This document shows positions 20,041-28,812 of a DNA stretch of 64,000 nt, one piece after another; position 1 is the first letter of the stretch, and every line of letters starts with the position of its first letter. The notes under the pieces are model-generated. The model was given only the letters and a program-made list of their open reading frames with translations. It ran no database searches and had not been told where the DNA came from. Source of the DNA: Candidatus Dormiibacterota bacterium (GTDB lineage: Bacteria > Chloroflexota > Dormibacteria > Aeolococcales > Aeolococcaceae); assembly GCA_963718525.1 (NCBI GenBank), contig OY970355.1:608001-672000 (forward strand). Direction: 5' to 3'. Position numbers and translations under genes: made by a program.

Positions 20041-21219
20041 CTAACTGCGTTCGATCACCATGGCGATGCCCTGGCCACCGCCGATGCACATCGCCGCAAT
20101 GCCCAATTCCACGTCGCGGCGCGCCATCTCGTAAAGGAGCGTGGTGAGAATGCGTGTCCCGCTGGCACCGATCGGATGGCCCAGCGCAATGGCGCCGCCG
20201 TTGACATTGACCCTGTCCTCAGGGACGGCTAGCTCCCGACATACCGCCACCGACTGAGCGGCGAAGGCCTCGTTGAGCTCGAAGAGGTCGACGTCACGAA
20301 CACCGACGCCGGCCTTGTCCATAGCCTTCCGCGCCGCCGGTACCGGCCCGATCCCCATGATGCGGGGCTCCACGCCGGCGCTGGCGTAACTGCGGATCCG
20401 GGCCAGCGGACTCAACCCCTGGGCTTTGGCGCGTGAGGCGCTCATCACCACCATGGCCGCTGCGCCGTCGTTGATACCGCTTGCGTTGCCGGCCGTGACG
20501 GTACCGTCCTTTGTGAAGGCAGAGCGCAAGCCCGACAGGACATCCAGAGTGGTGGCGGGACGCGGATGCTCATCTGTGTCGACGAGAACCGTCTCCTTGC
20601 GACGGGCTACCGGCACAGGAACGATCTCGTCCTTGAACCGGCCCGCTTTGATCGCGTCGCCGGCCTTCTGCTGCGAGGCCAGCGCAAAGCCATCCTGATC
20701 GGCCCGGCTCACCTCCCATTCTTTGGCCACGTTCTCTGCGGTAATGCCCATATGGCAGTCGGTGAAGGCGCACCAGAGTCCGTCGCGGATGATCACGTCC
20801 ACCAGCTGCCCATGGCCGAGGCGATAGCCGTAACGCCCACTGTCCATCAGGTATGGCGCGCGCGACATGTTCTCCATGCCACCCGCCACCATGCACTCGG
20901 CATCGCCGAGGCGGATCGCCTGAGCGGCTAACGCCACCGTCTTCAATCCAGAGCCGCACACCTTGTTGACGGTCATGGCTGGGACGGCCGTCGACAGATT
21001 GGCCCCGAGCGCCGCCTGCCGCGCGGGGTTCTGGCCGAGGCCTGCCTGTAGTACGTTCCCCATGAGGAGCTCCTCGACCTGGTCGGCGTCGATGCCGGCG
21101 CGTCGGATGGCCTCCTCCACGACGATGGCACCGAGTGTCGTCGCCGGAACCTCAACAAATATGCCCCCCACTGTGCCCACCGGCGTCCGGACGGCGCTGA
21201 CGATGACGGCCTCTTCCAC
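20041..21219 (-). CDS. phaA: Acetyl-CoA C-acetyltransferase (beta-ketothiolase)
   Basis: [28 protein letters not shown]; lies within the PHA locus. Confidence 0.93.
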   Translation of the reverse strand: MEEAVIVSAVRTPVGTVGGIFVEVPATTLGAIVVEEAIRRAGIDADQVEELLMGNVLQAGLGQNPARQAALGANLSTAVPAMTVNKVCGSGLKTVALAAQAIRLGDAECMVAGGMENMSRAPYLMDSGRYGYRLGHGQLVDVIIRDGLWCAFTDCHMGITAENVAKEWEVSRADQDGFALASQQKAGDAIKAGRFKDEIVPVPVARRKETVLVDTDEHPRPATTLDVLSGLRSAFTKDGTVTAGNASGINDGAAAMVVMSASRAKAQGLSPLARIRSYASAGVEPRIMGIGPVPAARKAMDKAGVGVRDVDLFELNEAFAAQSVAVCRELAVPEDRVNVNGGAIALGHPIGASGTRILTTLLYEMARRDVELGIAAMCIGGGQGIAMVIERS

Positions 21220-21504
21220 CCTGGTTGCCCTACTTGTAACGGACGGTCACGAACGGTCGCTCTCTCGCGGCGCGCCGACGCGCGAAGCGCCTCACTTCCA
21301 CGCACGATCCTACGCCGATTTCTCCCGACGTCTATCAAGGCGCCGGAGCGGACTCCAGCTGCAACCGCGGAGCCCGGTCAGCTTGATCAGCGTTGCCGCG
21401 GTGAGCAGCGGACGCATTCCCTGGGCCACGGTCTGCTCGATGGCCTCACGTCACGAGCACCAAGTTGGCACGTGGGCCGCGGGGCGGCCACAGAAGGTTG
21501 AGGT

Positions 21505-21536
21505 CAGGAGCGCGCAGCGTCGCGCTGGCGCTCCTG
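21505..21536 (-). terminator. GC hairpin after phasin-like gene A
   Basis: CAGGAGCGC..CAGCG/CGCTG..GCGCTCCTG, 6 nt past the stop at 21543. Confidence 0.55.
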
Positions 21537-21542
21537 CCGGAG

Positions 21543-21824
21543 TCAGTTGGAGGCGACGGATCCCAGCTGCTTCAGAGTGGCGATCCCGAACTCGTACTGC
21601 CACTCGACAAACTTGGTCACGACGGCGAAGTTGCGATCCACCACGGTGTCGATGGCCGGAATTAGCTCCTCAGAGTTGGGAAGCGCGAACACGCTGAGCG
21701 GAACCAACACGGAGGTGATGCTCTTGAGGACCTCCGTAGCTGCAAGCTTGATCTCAGTCGTGCGTTGGAGGCCTTCCGCCACTGCAGCGTTGGCGGTGCG
21801 TGTGTAATCGGCGTAGTCGGTCAT
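21543..21824 (-). CDS. Putative phasin-like PHA granule protein A
   Basis: 93 aa amphipathic helical protein (..VVDRNFAVVTKFVEWQYEF..); SD GAGGA; strong promoter; PHA context. Confidence 0.65.
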   Translation of the reverse strand: MTDYADYTRTANAAVAEGLQRTTEIKLAATEVLKSITSVLVPLSVFALPNSEELIPAIDTVVDRNFAVVTKFVEWQYEFGIATLKQLGSVASN

Positions 21825-21875
21825 GACTGTTTCCTCGTGACCTCCGGGGCCCGTTGGGCTCCTACTGGAGAGGCT

Positions 21876-21913
21876 GTGCTAAGTCTACCAAGCGGACGCT
21901 AGGTTGTCAACCC
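21876..21913 (-). promoter_or_regulatory. Promoter/operator of phasin-like gene A
   Basis: Minus strand GGG-TTGACA-acctagcgtccGCTTGG-TAGACT-TAGCAC (17-bp spacer). Confidence 0.75.
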
Positions 21914-22028
21914 GAGGCTGCTCATGTCTCCAGCGATACCACCAAAGGCTGGTGCTCCATGGGTTCGAACGGACGGCTCGGAGGTGTCCTCGGGCTGGCC
22001 CGAAGGCCAACCGGTCGGTGAGGCAGAG

Positions 22029-22427
22029 CTAGCGGGACGCGACAGCCGCCAGTTCCTTCCAGGCGGTCTCGAGCGCCGAAAGATTCTCGCAACCGAGCAC
22101 GAGACTCGTGTCAGTCGCCAGGTACGCCACGGTCAGGTTGATGCCGGCGTCGGCGAGGCGACGCGTGACATTACCAAGCATGCCGGGGTGATTCTCAACG
22201 CGCTCAACGATCACTTCCGCCTCGCGGGTGACCTTGTAGCCGACCTTGGTGATGGCGCGGCCAGTCGCGGCTCTGTCTGTGGTCAGCAGGTGGAAGATAA
22301 CGCTCCCATTCTCCTCGACCGCAGACAGGCCCTCGATATTGATCTTCTCGCGCCCCAGCTCCTCCGCGAGGGTCGCAAGACTGCCCTTGGCGTGCGGGAC
22401 GACGATGGTGAAGTCATATGCGTACAT
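22029..22427 (-). CDS. Tandem ACT-domain protein
   Basis: VPHAKGSLATLAEELGREKINIEG and VENHPGMLGNVTRRLADAGINL; SD AGGAGG. Confidence 0.88.
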   Translation of the reverse strand: MYAYDFTIVVPHAKGSLATLAEELGREKINIEGLSAVEENGSVIFHLLTTDRAATGRAITKVGYKVTREAEVIVERVENHPGMLGNVTRRLADAGINLTVAYLATDTSLVLGCENLSALETAWKELAAVASR

Positions 22428-22554
22428 GACTGTCCTCCTGTGTCGGGCGCCGAGTAGCTCAGCTGGCCTGCGAACCACCGTGCGCGTGCTGTCATACAAA
22501 ACGCAACCGGTGCGAACCGCGCATTGTCATCGGGCGACGCATATGGGTCGCGAT

Positions 22555-22583
22555 GTGACATTCGGTCCCGTGGCGAATGTCAC
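22555..22583. promoter_or_regulatory. 10-bp inverted repeat, also readable as tandem DosR-like boxes, between the ACT and NMO genes
   Basis: GTGACATTCG-N9-CGAATGTCAC. Confidence 0.6.
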
Positions 22584-22652
22584 TCGCCTCTGGTGGTGCG
22601 GACACAAGCGCGTCGATGCTGTCAGGAAACCGGCAGACACCGAAGGAGAACA

Positions 22653-24182
22653 GTGAGGAGCGCGACACGCACCCTTGGCGCCGATGCGACACTGCCGCTG
22701 TTGATCCAGGGCGGCATGGGTGTGGCAGTCTCCAACCATCGCCTCGCCCGCGCTGTGGCCATGACGGGTCATCTCGGCGTCGTCTCCGGGACGGCTATTG
22801 ATCTCGTGCTCGTGCGGCGGCTCCAGGACGGTGATCCCGATGGCGAGATGCGAAACGCGATTGCGCAATTTCCAGTGACCGCCATCGCAGAGCAGGTAAT
22901 GGAGCGCTACTTCCTTCCTGACGGGCGCCGCCAGCGTCCCTATCGCAACATCTCGATGCACTCACATCGCGACAAGCACGTGTCTCAAGACCTGCTCGTG
23001 CTCGCCGCGTTCGTCGAGGTGATGCTCGCCAAGCGCGGGCACGATGGACACATCGGCATCAACCTGCTGACCAAGGTGCAGATCCCTACAGTGCCGACGC
23101 TGTTCGGCGCGATGCTCGCGTCTGTCGACTACGTGCTCATGGGAGCGGGAATCCCCCGCGAGATACCAGGCATTCTCGACCGTCTCGCTGCGATGCTGGC
23201 GGTGGAGACACGGCTCGACGTCATCGGCGCCGCTGCCGCCGACACCATTCCCCATCTCCGCTTCGATCCCAATCGCTTCGATGTCAGCACTGCACCGCGC
23301 CGTCCGGCGTTCCTGCCAATCGTGTCGTCGCATACCCTGGCGACCGTCTTGGCCCGCAAGGCGAACGGCTCGGTCGAGGGCTTCATCGTCGAGGCACCGA
23401 CGGCGGGTGGGCACAACGCGCCGCCACGGGGCACGCCAACCTATGACGCAATCGGACAGCCGTGCTACGGCGAGCGCGACCACGTCGATCTCGCAGCCAT
23501 GCGCGCCCTGGGCCTGCCCTTCTGGCTGGCGGGCGGCAGGGACACACCGGAACGCGTTCGAGACGCGCTCGCAGTTGGTGCAACCGGCGTCCAGGTGGGC
23601 ACGCTCTTCGCCTTCTGCCGTGAATCGGGAATCGCGCCTGCGTTGCGCCGCGCCGTTCTCGACACCGTGGAGAGCGGGCGCGAATTCGTGCTCACGTCGT
23701 CACGCGCGTCGTCGACCGGGTATCCGTTCAAGGTGGCCTCGGTCCCCGGGACCCTGTCTGAGCGGGGGGTCTACACGGCCCGGACGCGCGTCTGCGACCT
23801 GGGCTACCTGCGCGAGGCATATGTGAAGTCAGGGGCCGGCGTTGGCTACCGATGCCCCGGCGAGCCGGTTGGCGATTATGTCGCCAAGGGTGGCGATGCT
23901 TCCGCCACCGTTGACCGCATGTGTCTGTGCAACGGCCTCGCGGCCACGGTCGGGCTCGGCCAGGTGCGGGTCGCCGGTCTTGAACCTGGCGTGATCACGA
24001 GCGGTGACGGCCTCGCCGCCGTACGGACGATGTTGATTGACGATGACGATTACTCCGCCGCCGATGTTGTCACTCACCTGCTGGGCGGCCTTCGGGGCGC
24101 GTCGGCGACCTCTGACGGACCTCATCTTGAGGCGACGAAAGACGGGTCACACTTGGAGGCGGCGCATACACGGAGTGTCTGA
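22653..24182 (+). CDS. Nitronate monooxygenase/FabK/FabX-family FMN enzyme with four C-terminal Cys
   Basis: IQGGMG, MGAGIP, AGGHNAPP, WLAGG, VQVGT; RVCDLG, YRCPGEP, MCLCNG; SD AAGGAG before GTG 22653. Confidence 0.85.
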   Translation: MRSATRTLGADATLPLLIQGGMGVAVSNHRLARAVAMTGHLGVVSGTAIDLVLVRRLQDGDPDGEMRNAIAQFPVTAIAEQVMERYFLPDGRRQRPYRNISMHSHRDKHVSQDLLVLAAFVEVMLAKRGHDGHIGINLLTKVQIPTVPTLFGAMLASVDYVLMGAGIPREIPGILDRLAAMLAVETRLDVIGAAAADTIPHLRFDPNRFDVSTAPRRPAFLPIVSSHTLATVLARKANGSVEGFIVEAPTAGGHNAPPRGTPTYDAIGQPCYGERDHVDLAAMRALGLPFWLAGGRDTPERVRDALAVGATGVQVGTLFAFCRESGIAPALRRAVLDTVESGREFVLTSSRASSTGYPFKVASVPGTLSERGVYTARTRVCDLGYLREAYVKSGAGVGYRCPGEPVGDYVAKGGDASATVDRMCLCNGLAATVGLGQVRVAGLEPGVITSGDGLAAVRTMLIDDDDYSAADVVTHLLGGLRGASATSDGPHLEATKDGSHLEAAHTRSV

Positions 24183-24257
24183 TCGTTCTGCGGTCGTCGA
24201 CAGACCATCGCTCAGGCCCGGCGGGAGGGCCTAACCCTGGACTACGATGGTCGGACT

Positions 24258-25043
24258 ATGGCTGTCGTTGAGCCGGCTGCCAGCGATGCAGCGACGCCGC
24301 GCCTCTTCTCCGGAAAAGTGGCCATCGTCACCGGGGGTTCCCGCGGTATCGGTGCGGCGATCACCCGAGAGCTCATACGCCATGGCGCGCACGTGGCGGC
24401 CGGGTTCAACCGCGACGCCGAGTCCGCTGCGGCCTTGCGCGACGAGCTCTCCGGTCTCGGTGGCTCGATCTCGGTGCATCAGGGCAACGTTGGTGTCCCT
24501 GCGGACTGTACCCGCGTGGTCGACGAGGTCTTGACCGCATACGGTCAGGTCGACTTCCTGGTCAACAATGCCGGCATCACCGTTGACAAGACCGTCCGGA
24601 AGATGAGCGTCGAGGACTGGCATGCGGTGATGCGGATCAACATCTCGGGCGCGTTCTACATGATGAAGGCCGTTCTGGACCACATGCTCGAACGAGGCAA
24701 CGGGCGGATCGTCAATCTGAGCTCGGTCATCGGCCAGACCGGAAATATCGGGCAGGCCAACTACGCTGCCTCAAAGGCGGCGCTCTACGAACTCACCCAA
24801 AGCCTTGCGCTAGAAACGGCTCGCAAAGGGATCACGGTCAATTGCGTGGCCCCGGGATTCATCGCAACCGAGATGGTGGCCAAGATCCCGCAGCCCATCC
24901 TCGACGGCATCATCGAGAAGGTACCGATCCGGCGGCTCGGCCAGCCCGACGAGGTGGCTCGCGTGGTCCGCTTCCTTCTCGAGGATGAGTCGTCGTATAT
25001 CACCGGTGCGATGTACGCCGTGAACGGCGGCCTGTTCATGTGA
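24258..25043 (+). CDS. phaB: Acetoacetyl-CoA reductase (SDR)
   Basis: TGGSRGIG, NNAGIT, GQANYAASK, NGGLFM; 7 nt upstream of phaC. Confidence 0.9.
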   Translation: MAVVEPAASDAATPRLFSGKVAIVTGGSRGIGAAITRELIRHGAHVAAGFNRDAESAAALRDELSGLGGSISVHQGNVGVPADCTRVVDEVLTAYGQVDFLVNNAGITVDKTVRKMSVEDWHAVMRINISGAFYMMKAVLDHMLERGNGRIVNLSSVIGQTGNIGQANYAASKAALYELTQSLALETARKGITVNCVAPGFIATEMVAKIPQPILDGIIEKVPIRRLGQPDEVARVVRFLLEDESSYITGAMYAVNGGLFM

Positions 25044-25050
25044 TCGGCTC

Positions 25051-26811
25051 GTGAGCAACGATGCCGGCGAGGACACCGCCTATGAGGCCCTGCTGGCCAA
25101 GGTAGACCAGAGCGATTTCGGAGGAGCGTTCCGCAGCGTGTTCCTCGGTGACGCGATACGTCACCCGCTGCACGTCGCGAAGGCCGGCCTGGATCTCTCG
25201 GCCGGGCAGGCCGCGGTAGCGGCGCGTGCTGCTCAGCGCGCATTGGGCCGCGGAAAGGCTGATCCGGTTGCTCCGGAGGACAACCGCTTTGCGGACCGGA
25301 CCTGGCAAGCGAACCCTGCCTTCCGGACCCTGGCCGAAAGTTATCTGAGCACCGTGCAGTGGGCGCGGCAGCTGGTCGAGACGTCTCACGCTCCCGCCGT
25401 CCAACGCGAAAAGGCGCGGTTCGCACTCGATCTCATGCTCGATGCGCTCGCTCCGACCAATGTGCCGTGGATGAATCCCGCCGTCTTGAAGGAGACATTC
25501 GAAACGGGTGGGCAGAGCCTCATCGCAGGCGCGAGCAACTTCGTCGACGATTTGCTTCACAACGGGGGACGGCCTCGACAGGTCGACGCCACATCATTCA
25601 GTCTCGGCAAAAACCTCGCGGCGACACCTGGGCGCGTGGTGATGCGCAACGCGCTCATCGAGTTGCTGATGTACAAGCCGCAAACCGATCTGGTCCACGC
25701 GCAACCGATCATGTGCAGCCCACCCTGGATCAACAAGTACTACATCATGGATCTGGCACCCGGGCGATCCTTCATCGAGTACGCGGTGCAGCACGGCTTC
25801 ACTGTGTTCTGCATCAGCTATCGGAACCCCGACGCGTCAATGCGGGAAGTCAGCTGGGACGACTATCTGCAGCTCGGGCTGATGGCGGCGCTCGACCAGG
25901 CGAGCATAATCACCGGCTCACCGGTTGTGAACATCGTCGGCCTCTGTCTCGGGGGAACAATGTCGACGATCGGCCTGGCCCACCTTGCGGCTAAGGGCAA
26001 GGCCGAACGAGTGGGCTGGATGACCGTCACCAACACGCTCGTCGACTTCAGCATCCCCGGCAATCTCGGCGTCTTCGCCGACCGCAAGAGCGTGGCACGC
26101 CTCGAAAAGAACATGAAGCAGCGTGGCTATCTGGAGGCGTCAGCGATGGCGCAGACGTTCGACTGGCTGCGCGGCAACGACCTGGTCTGGAATTACGTCA
26201 TCAACAACTGGTACATGGGCAAGACCCCACCAGCATTCGATCTCCTTGCGTGGAATGGGGACAGCACGAACATGCCGGCGGCGATGCACACGCAATACCT
26301 TCGAGCCTGCTACGTCGACAACCTGCTGATTCGCCCCGGTGCGTTTCAGATCGCCGGAACCCCGATCGATCTCAGGAAGATCAAGCAGCCCATGTACGTG
26401 CTCGGCGCCGAGAACGACCACATCGCCCCCTGGAAGGGATCGTATCTGACGACCCAACACGTCGGCGGCGAGGTGCGCTACACGCTGACGTCGAGCGGGC
26501 ATGTTGCCGGGATCGTCAATCCGCCCGGCAACCCGAAGGCCGCGTTCTGGACTCGCCCGCATGCGAATCGCGGTATCGATGCCGAGGCATGGCGAGCGGG
26601 AGCAGAACGTGTGAGCGGGAGTTGGTGGGACGACTGGGTTGCGTGGGCTGCCGAAAGGTCGGGGGAACTCGTTGCGCCGCCACGAGTTCCGCTCGGAGAC
26701 CCGGCACCCGGGAGCTACGCCAAGGGCGAGACGGCTCGACTCTTCGAAGCTCGATCCTCGGCACGCCGGTCCCAGCGTGCTCGAACTGGCGCAGCAGCGA
26801 AGAGTTCCTGA
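25051..26811 (+). CDS. phaC: Poly(3-hydroxyalkanoate) synthase (class I/II type)
   Basis: PPWINKYYIMDL, lipase box GLCLGG, ENDHI, SSGHVAG, SWWDDW. Confidence 0.95.
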   Translation: MSNDAGEDTAYEALLAKVDQSDFGGAFRSVFLGDAIRHPLHVAKAGLDLSAGQAAVAARAAQRALGRGKADPVAPEDNRFADRTWQANPAFRTLAESYLSTVQWARQLVETSHAPAVQREKARFALDLMLDALAPTNVPWMNPAVLKETFETGGQSLIAGASNFVDDLLHNGGRPRQVDATSFSLGKNLAATPGRVVMRNALIELLMYKPQTDLVHAQPIMCSPPWINKYYIMDLAPGRSFIEYAVQHGFTVFCISYRNPDASMREVSWDDYLQLGLMAALDQASIITGSPVVNIVGLCLGGTMSTIGLAHLAAKGKAERVGWMTVTNTLVDFSIPGNLGVFADRKSVARLEKNMKQRGYLEASAMAQTFDWLRGNDLVWNYVINNWYMGKTPPAFDLLAWNGDSTNMPAAMHTQYLRACYVDNLLIRPGAFQIAGTPIDLRKIKQPMYVLGAENDHIAPWKGSYLTTQHVGGEVRYTLTSSGHVAGIVNPPGNPKAAFWTRPHANRGIDAEAWRAGAERVSGSWWDDWVAWAAERSGELVAPPRVPLGDPAPGSYAKGETARLFEARSSARRSQRARTGAAAKSS

Positions 26812-26821
26812 CCGACGATCC

Positions 26822-27277
26822 TCAGTGGGACGTCCGCTTCGCCCTGGCGGGCGCCGCCTTGGAGGGCACGGCTTTGGTGGCCGTCTTGCGCGCCGGGCGT
26901 GACGGGGTCGGGCGATCCGCTGACGGCTGCTGAGTGGCGATCAAGCCTCGATACACCTGGATCAATGCCTGCTTGGCTTCCTGAGTGAGCCGACCGTCCA
27001 CCCGGATGGCGTCCTCGACAGTCAGGATGGGGCGTTCCACCGAGTTATCGAGTAGGCCAGCCTCCCGGTACAGGGTCTCGGCGGACATGTCAAGCGCGTC
27101 CGCGATCCCCTTGAGCACTTGCGCTGATGGCGTATACACGCCGCGTTCGATCTGACTGAGGTAAGGATTCGACACCTTGGCCAGCCCCGCGAGCTGGCGC
27201 ATCGAGAGTGACATCAGCTCCCGCTGCGTGCGGATGAAGTCTCCTACTGACTTGAACGGTGGCGTGGGCTCGGGCAT
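26822..27277 (-). CDS. XRE-family HTH regulator (Rv0474-like) with a Lys/Ala/Pro-rich tail
   Basis: VGDFIRTQRE..SMRQLAGLAKVSNPYLSQIERG..PSAQVL..SAETLYREAG; tail PARKTATKAVPSKAAPARAKR; -10-like TACCAT 6 nt before the ATG (possibly leaderless). Confidence 0.88.
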   Translation of the reverse strand: MPEPTPPFKSVGDFIRTQRELMSLSMRQLAGLAKVSNPYLSQIERGVYTPSAQVLKGIADALDMSAETLYREAGLLDNSVERPILTVEDAIRVDGRLTQEAKQALIQVYRGLIATQQPSADRPTPSRPARKTATKAVPSKAAPARAKRTSH

Positions 27278-27314
27278 GAGCCAATGGTAGCGCTTGGGGA
27301 GCCAAGCTGATGGA

Positions 27315-27353
27315 GGGTTGACATAGGCAGCACCTGCTTGGTATACTAAGCAC
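27315..27353 (+). promoter_or_regulatory. Promoter/operator of phasin-like gene B
   Basis: GGG-TTGACA-taggcagcacctGCTTGG-TATACT-AAGCAC (18-bp spacer); near-palindrome GCTTGGTATACTAAGC. Confidence 0.78.
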
Positions 27354-27386
27354 TCCACAACAGCCTCGCTACAAAGGAGACCACCC

Positions 27387-27659
27387 ATGACCGACAACCA
27401 GACGTATCTGACCGACCTGCAGAAGCAGTTCCTGACTGCGCTCCAGAAGGTGGGCGAGGTTCAGGCAAAGCTCTACGAGGCAGTTCGCGATATGCCGGCA
27501 ACTCTCGAGAGTGGCCAGATGACTCCCGCCGAGATGGTGGAGAAGTCGTTCGACTTCGCGGCTCAGGTGCTCAACACCCAGCGCGATATGACCCTTCAGC
27601 TCATCAACGCCGCTGGTGGAACACCGACCAAGACCCGGACGGCGAAGCAAACCGCGTAA
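27387..27659 (+). CDS. Putative phasin-like PHA granule protein B
   Basis: 90 aa helical protein (PAEMVEKSFDFAAQVLNTQRD); SD AAGGAG; basic tail. Confidence 0.7.
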   Translation: MTDNQTYLTDLQKQFLTALQKVGEVQAKLYEAVRDMPATLESGQMTPAEMVEKSFDFAAQVLNTQRDMTLQLINAAGGTPTKTRTAKQTA

Positions 27660-27662
27660 ACC

Positions 27663-27698
27663 CTCGATACGGGTCGAGGCGACTCGACCCGTATCGAG
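27663..27698 (+). terminator. Perfect 16-bp hairpin with GCGA tetraloop
   Basis: CTCGATACGGGTCGAG-GCGA-CTCGACCCGTATCGAG, 3 nt after the stop codon. Confidence 0.75.
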
Positions 27699-27706
27699 TC
27701 CAAGCC

Positions 27707-27851
27707 ACGCTTCCCAATGCTGAGACGCTGATTCCCCGCGATCGACAGGGTGGTTGATCGCAACTTCGGCATCGTGCTCAAGGTCGTCGAGTGGCAGCAC
27801 GACATCGCGACTTCGGCTCTCGGTCACCTGGGATCCGCCGCGTCAAACTGA
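27707..27851 (+). pseudogene. 5'-truncated, frameshifted paralog of phasin-like gene A
   Basis: TLPNAETLIP/AIDRVVDRNFGIVLKVVEWQHDIATSALGHLGSAASN* aligns with ALPNSEELIPAIDTVVDRNFAVVTKFVEWQYEFGIATLKQLGSVASN* of 21543..21824. Confidence 0.85.
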
Positions 27852-28003
27852 TCCCGGCGGCTGGTCGTGAGGAACGGCGGGAGATCGGATCGTCGTCGGG
27901 TCGGTTGAGGCTGTATAGACCGCCGTTTCGAGTCGCCGCGTATTCGGCACGCCAACGAACGTAACCGTGGTGACGTGTTCGCGTTGAATGGGTCACTACA
28001 GCC

Positions 28004-28711
28004 ATGAAACTCACAACCGTCATCGGTACTGCGATCGCCGCCTTGAGCGTCGCAGCTTGTGGGTCAACAGTCCCGCTGACTACGCGGCCAGCTACGGCGA
28101 CGGCGGCGCCGACCGCCACGCCGACCGCGCCACCTACGGTGGCACCTACTCCAACGCCTACACCGTCCACGCCGGGCGTGTACGTTACCGTGACGTGCTC
28201 GAACGTACCGGTGATGTGGGCTATTAACCCCTTTCCAGCCGGGAGCATATTGGGCGTCGCCACCTGGCACAACCTGACGGTTGGAGACTACTTTGGAATT
28301 GGGCTCAACATGAACCCTGTTACGTCGAACACGATGTCGGTAGGGGTTGAGGGCATTGGGGATGCGAACAACGCCTTCCAGCAAGGCACCTGGGGCTGGA
28401 TGGAATTGACCGGCCCCGACGAGACGGTTACGGTCGCGCAGGGCAACCTCACAATTCCGGCGTGCGCACCTGATGTGCGCGTAACCGCGTGCGATCACGC
28501 GGGCACAGCAAGCGGCGGCGCAATCGCATGGTCAGACCTCGCTTACTCGACGCTGACAGTCACCGGCCCAGCACCGTCCACCTATCATTTCACGCTCCCT
28601 GCTAGCGCAGGCCGATACGGTCCGCTGACCGCAGGCACCTATAGCTACAGGTTCAACGCGTACGAAGAATCATTAAGCGGTGCAGTCACCATCCCAGCCT
28701 GTCCGAGCTGA
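28004..28711 (+). CDS. Lipoprotein with Pro/Thr linker and two small beta-rich repeats
   Basis: Lipobox LSVAAC; PTPTPTP linker; two VTxC...TIPAC units. Confidence 0.75.
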   Translation: MKLTTVIGTAIAALSVAACGSTVPLTTRPATATAAPTATPTAPPTVAPTPTPTPSTPGVYVTVTCSNVPVMWAINPFPAGSILGVATWHNLTVGDYFGIGLNMNPVTSNTMSVGVEGIGDANNAFQQGTWGWMELTGPDETVTVAQGNLTIPACAPDVRVTACDHAGTASGGAIAWSDLAYSTLTVTGPAPSTYHFTLPASAGRYGPLTAGTYSYRFNAYEESLSGAVTIPACPS

Positions 28712-28812
28712 CGATAAGCACCGAGCCCGTCGCGGCCCTGTACATGCGGAGCATGTAGGCACCGCACAATACCTCGGTGCCGCGACAGAGGCATGACGAA
28801 TGCCGCTGAACG

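Noticed and set aside
21330-21470. Possible MaoC/PhaJ remnant (..QTVAQGMRPLL..) upstream of phaA
   Set aside because: Similarity too weak, with no D..H hydratase motif and no start signal.
24113-24166. Short duplicated peptide DGPHLEA/DGSHLEA at the end of the NMO-like protein
   Set aside because: Two degenerate copies in an apparently non-conserved tail; no evident significance.
27663-27698. 16-bp perfect inverted repeat as a MITE, REP or CRISPR unit
   Set aside because: Single copy, 3 nt after a stop codon, with a GNRA loop; best explained as a terminator or stabilising hairpin.
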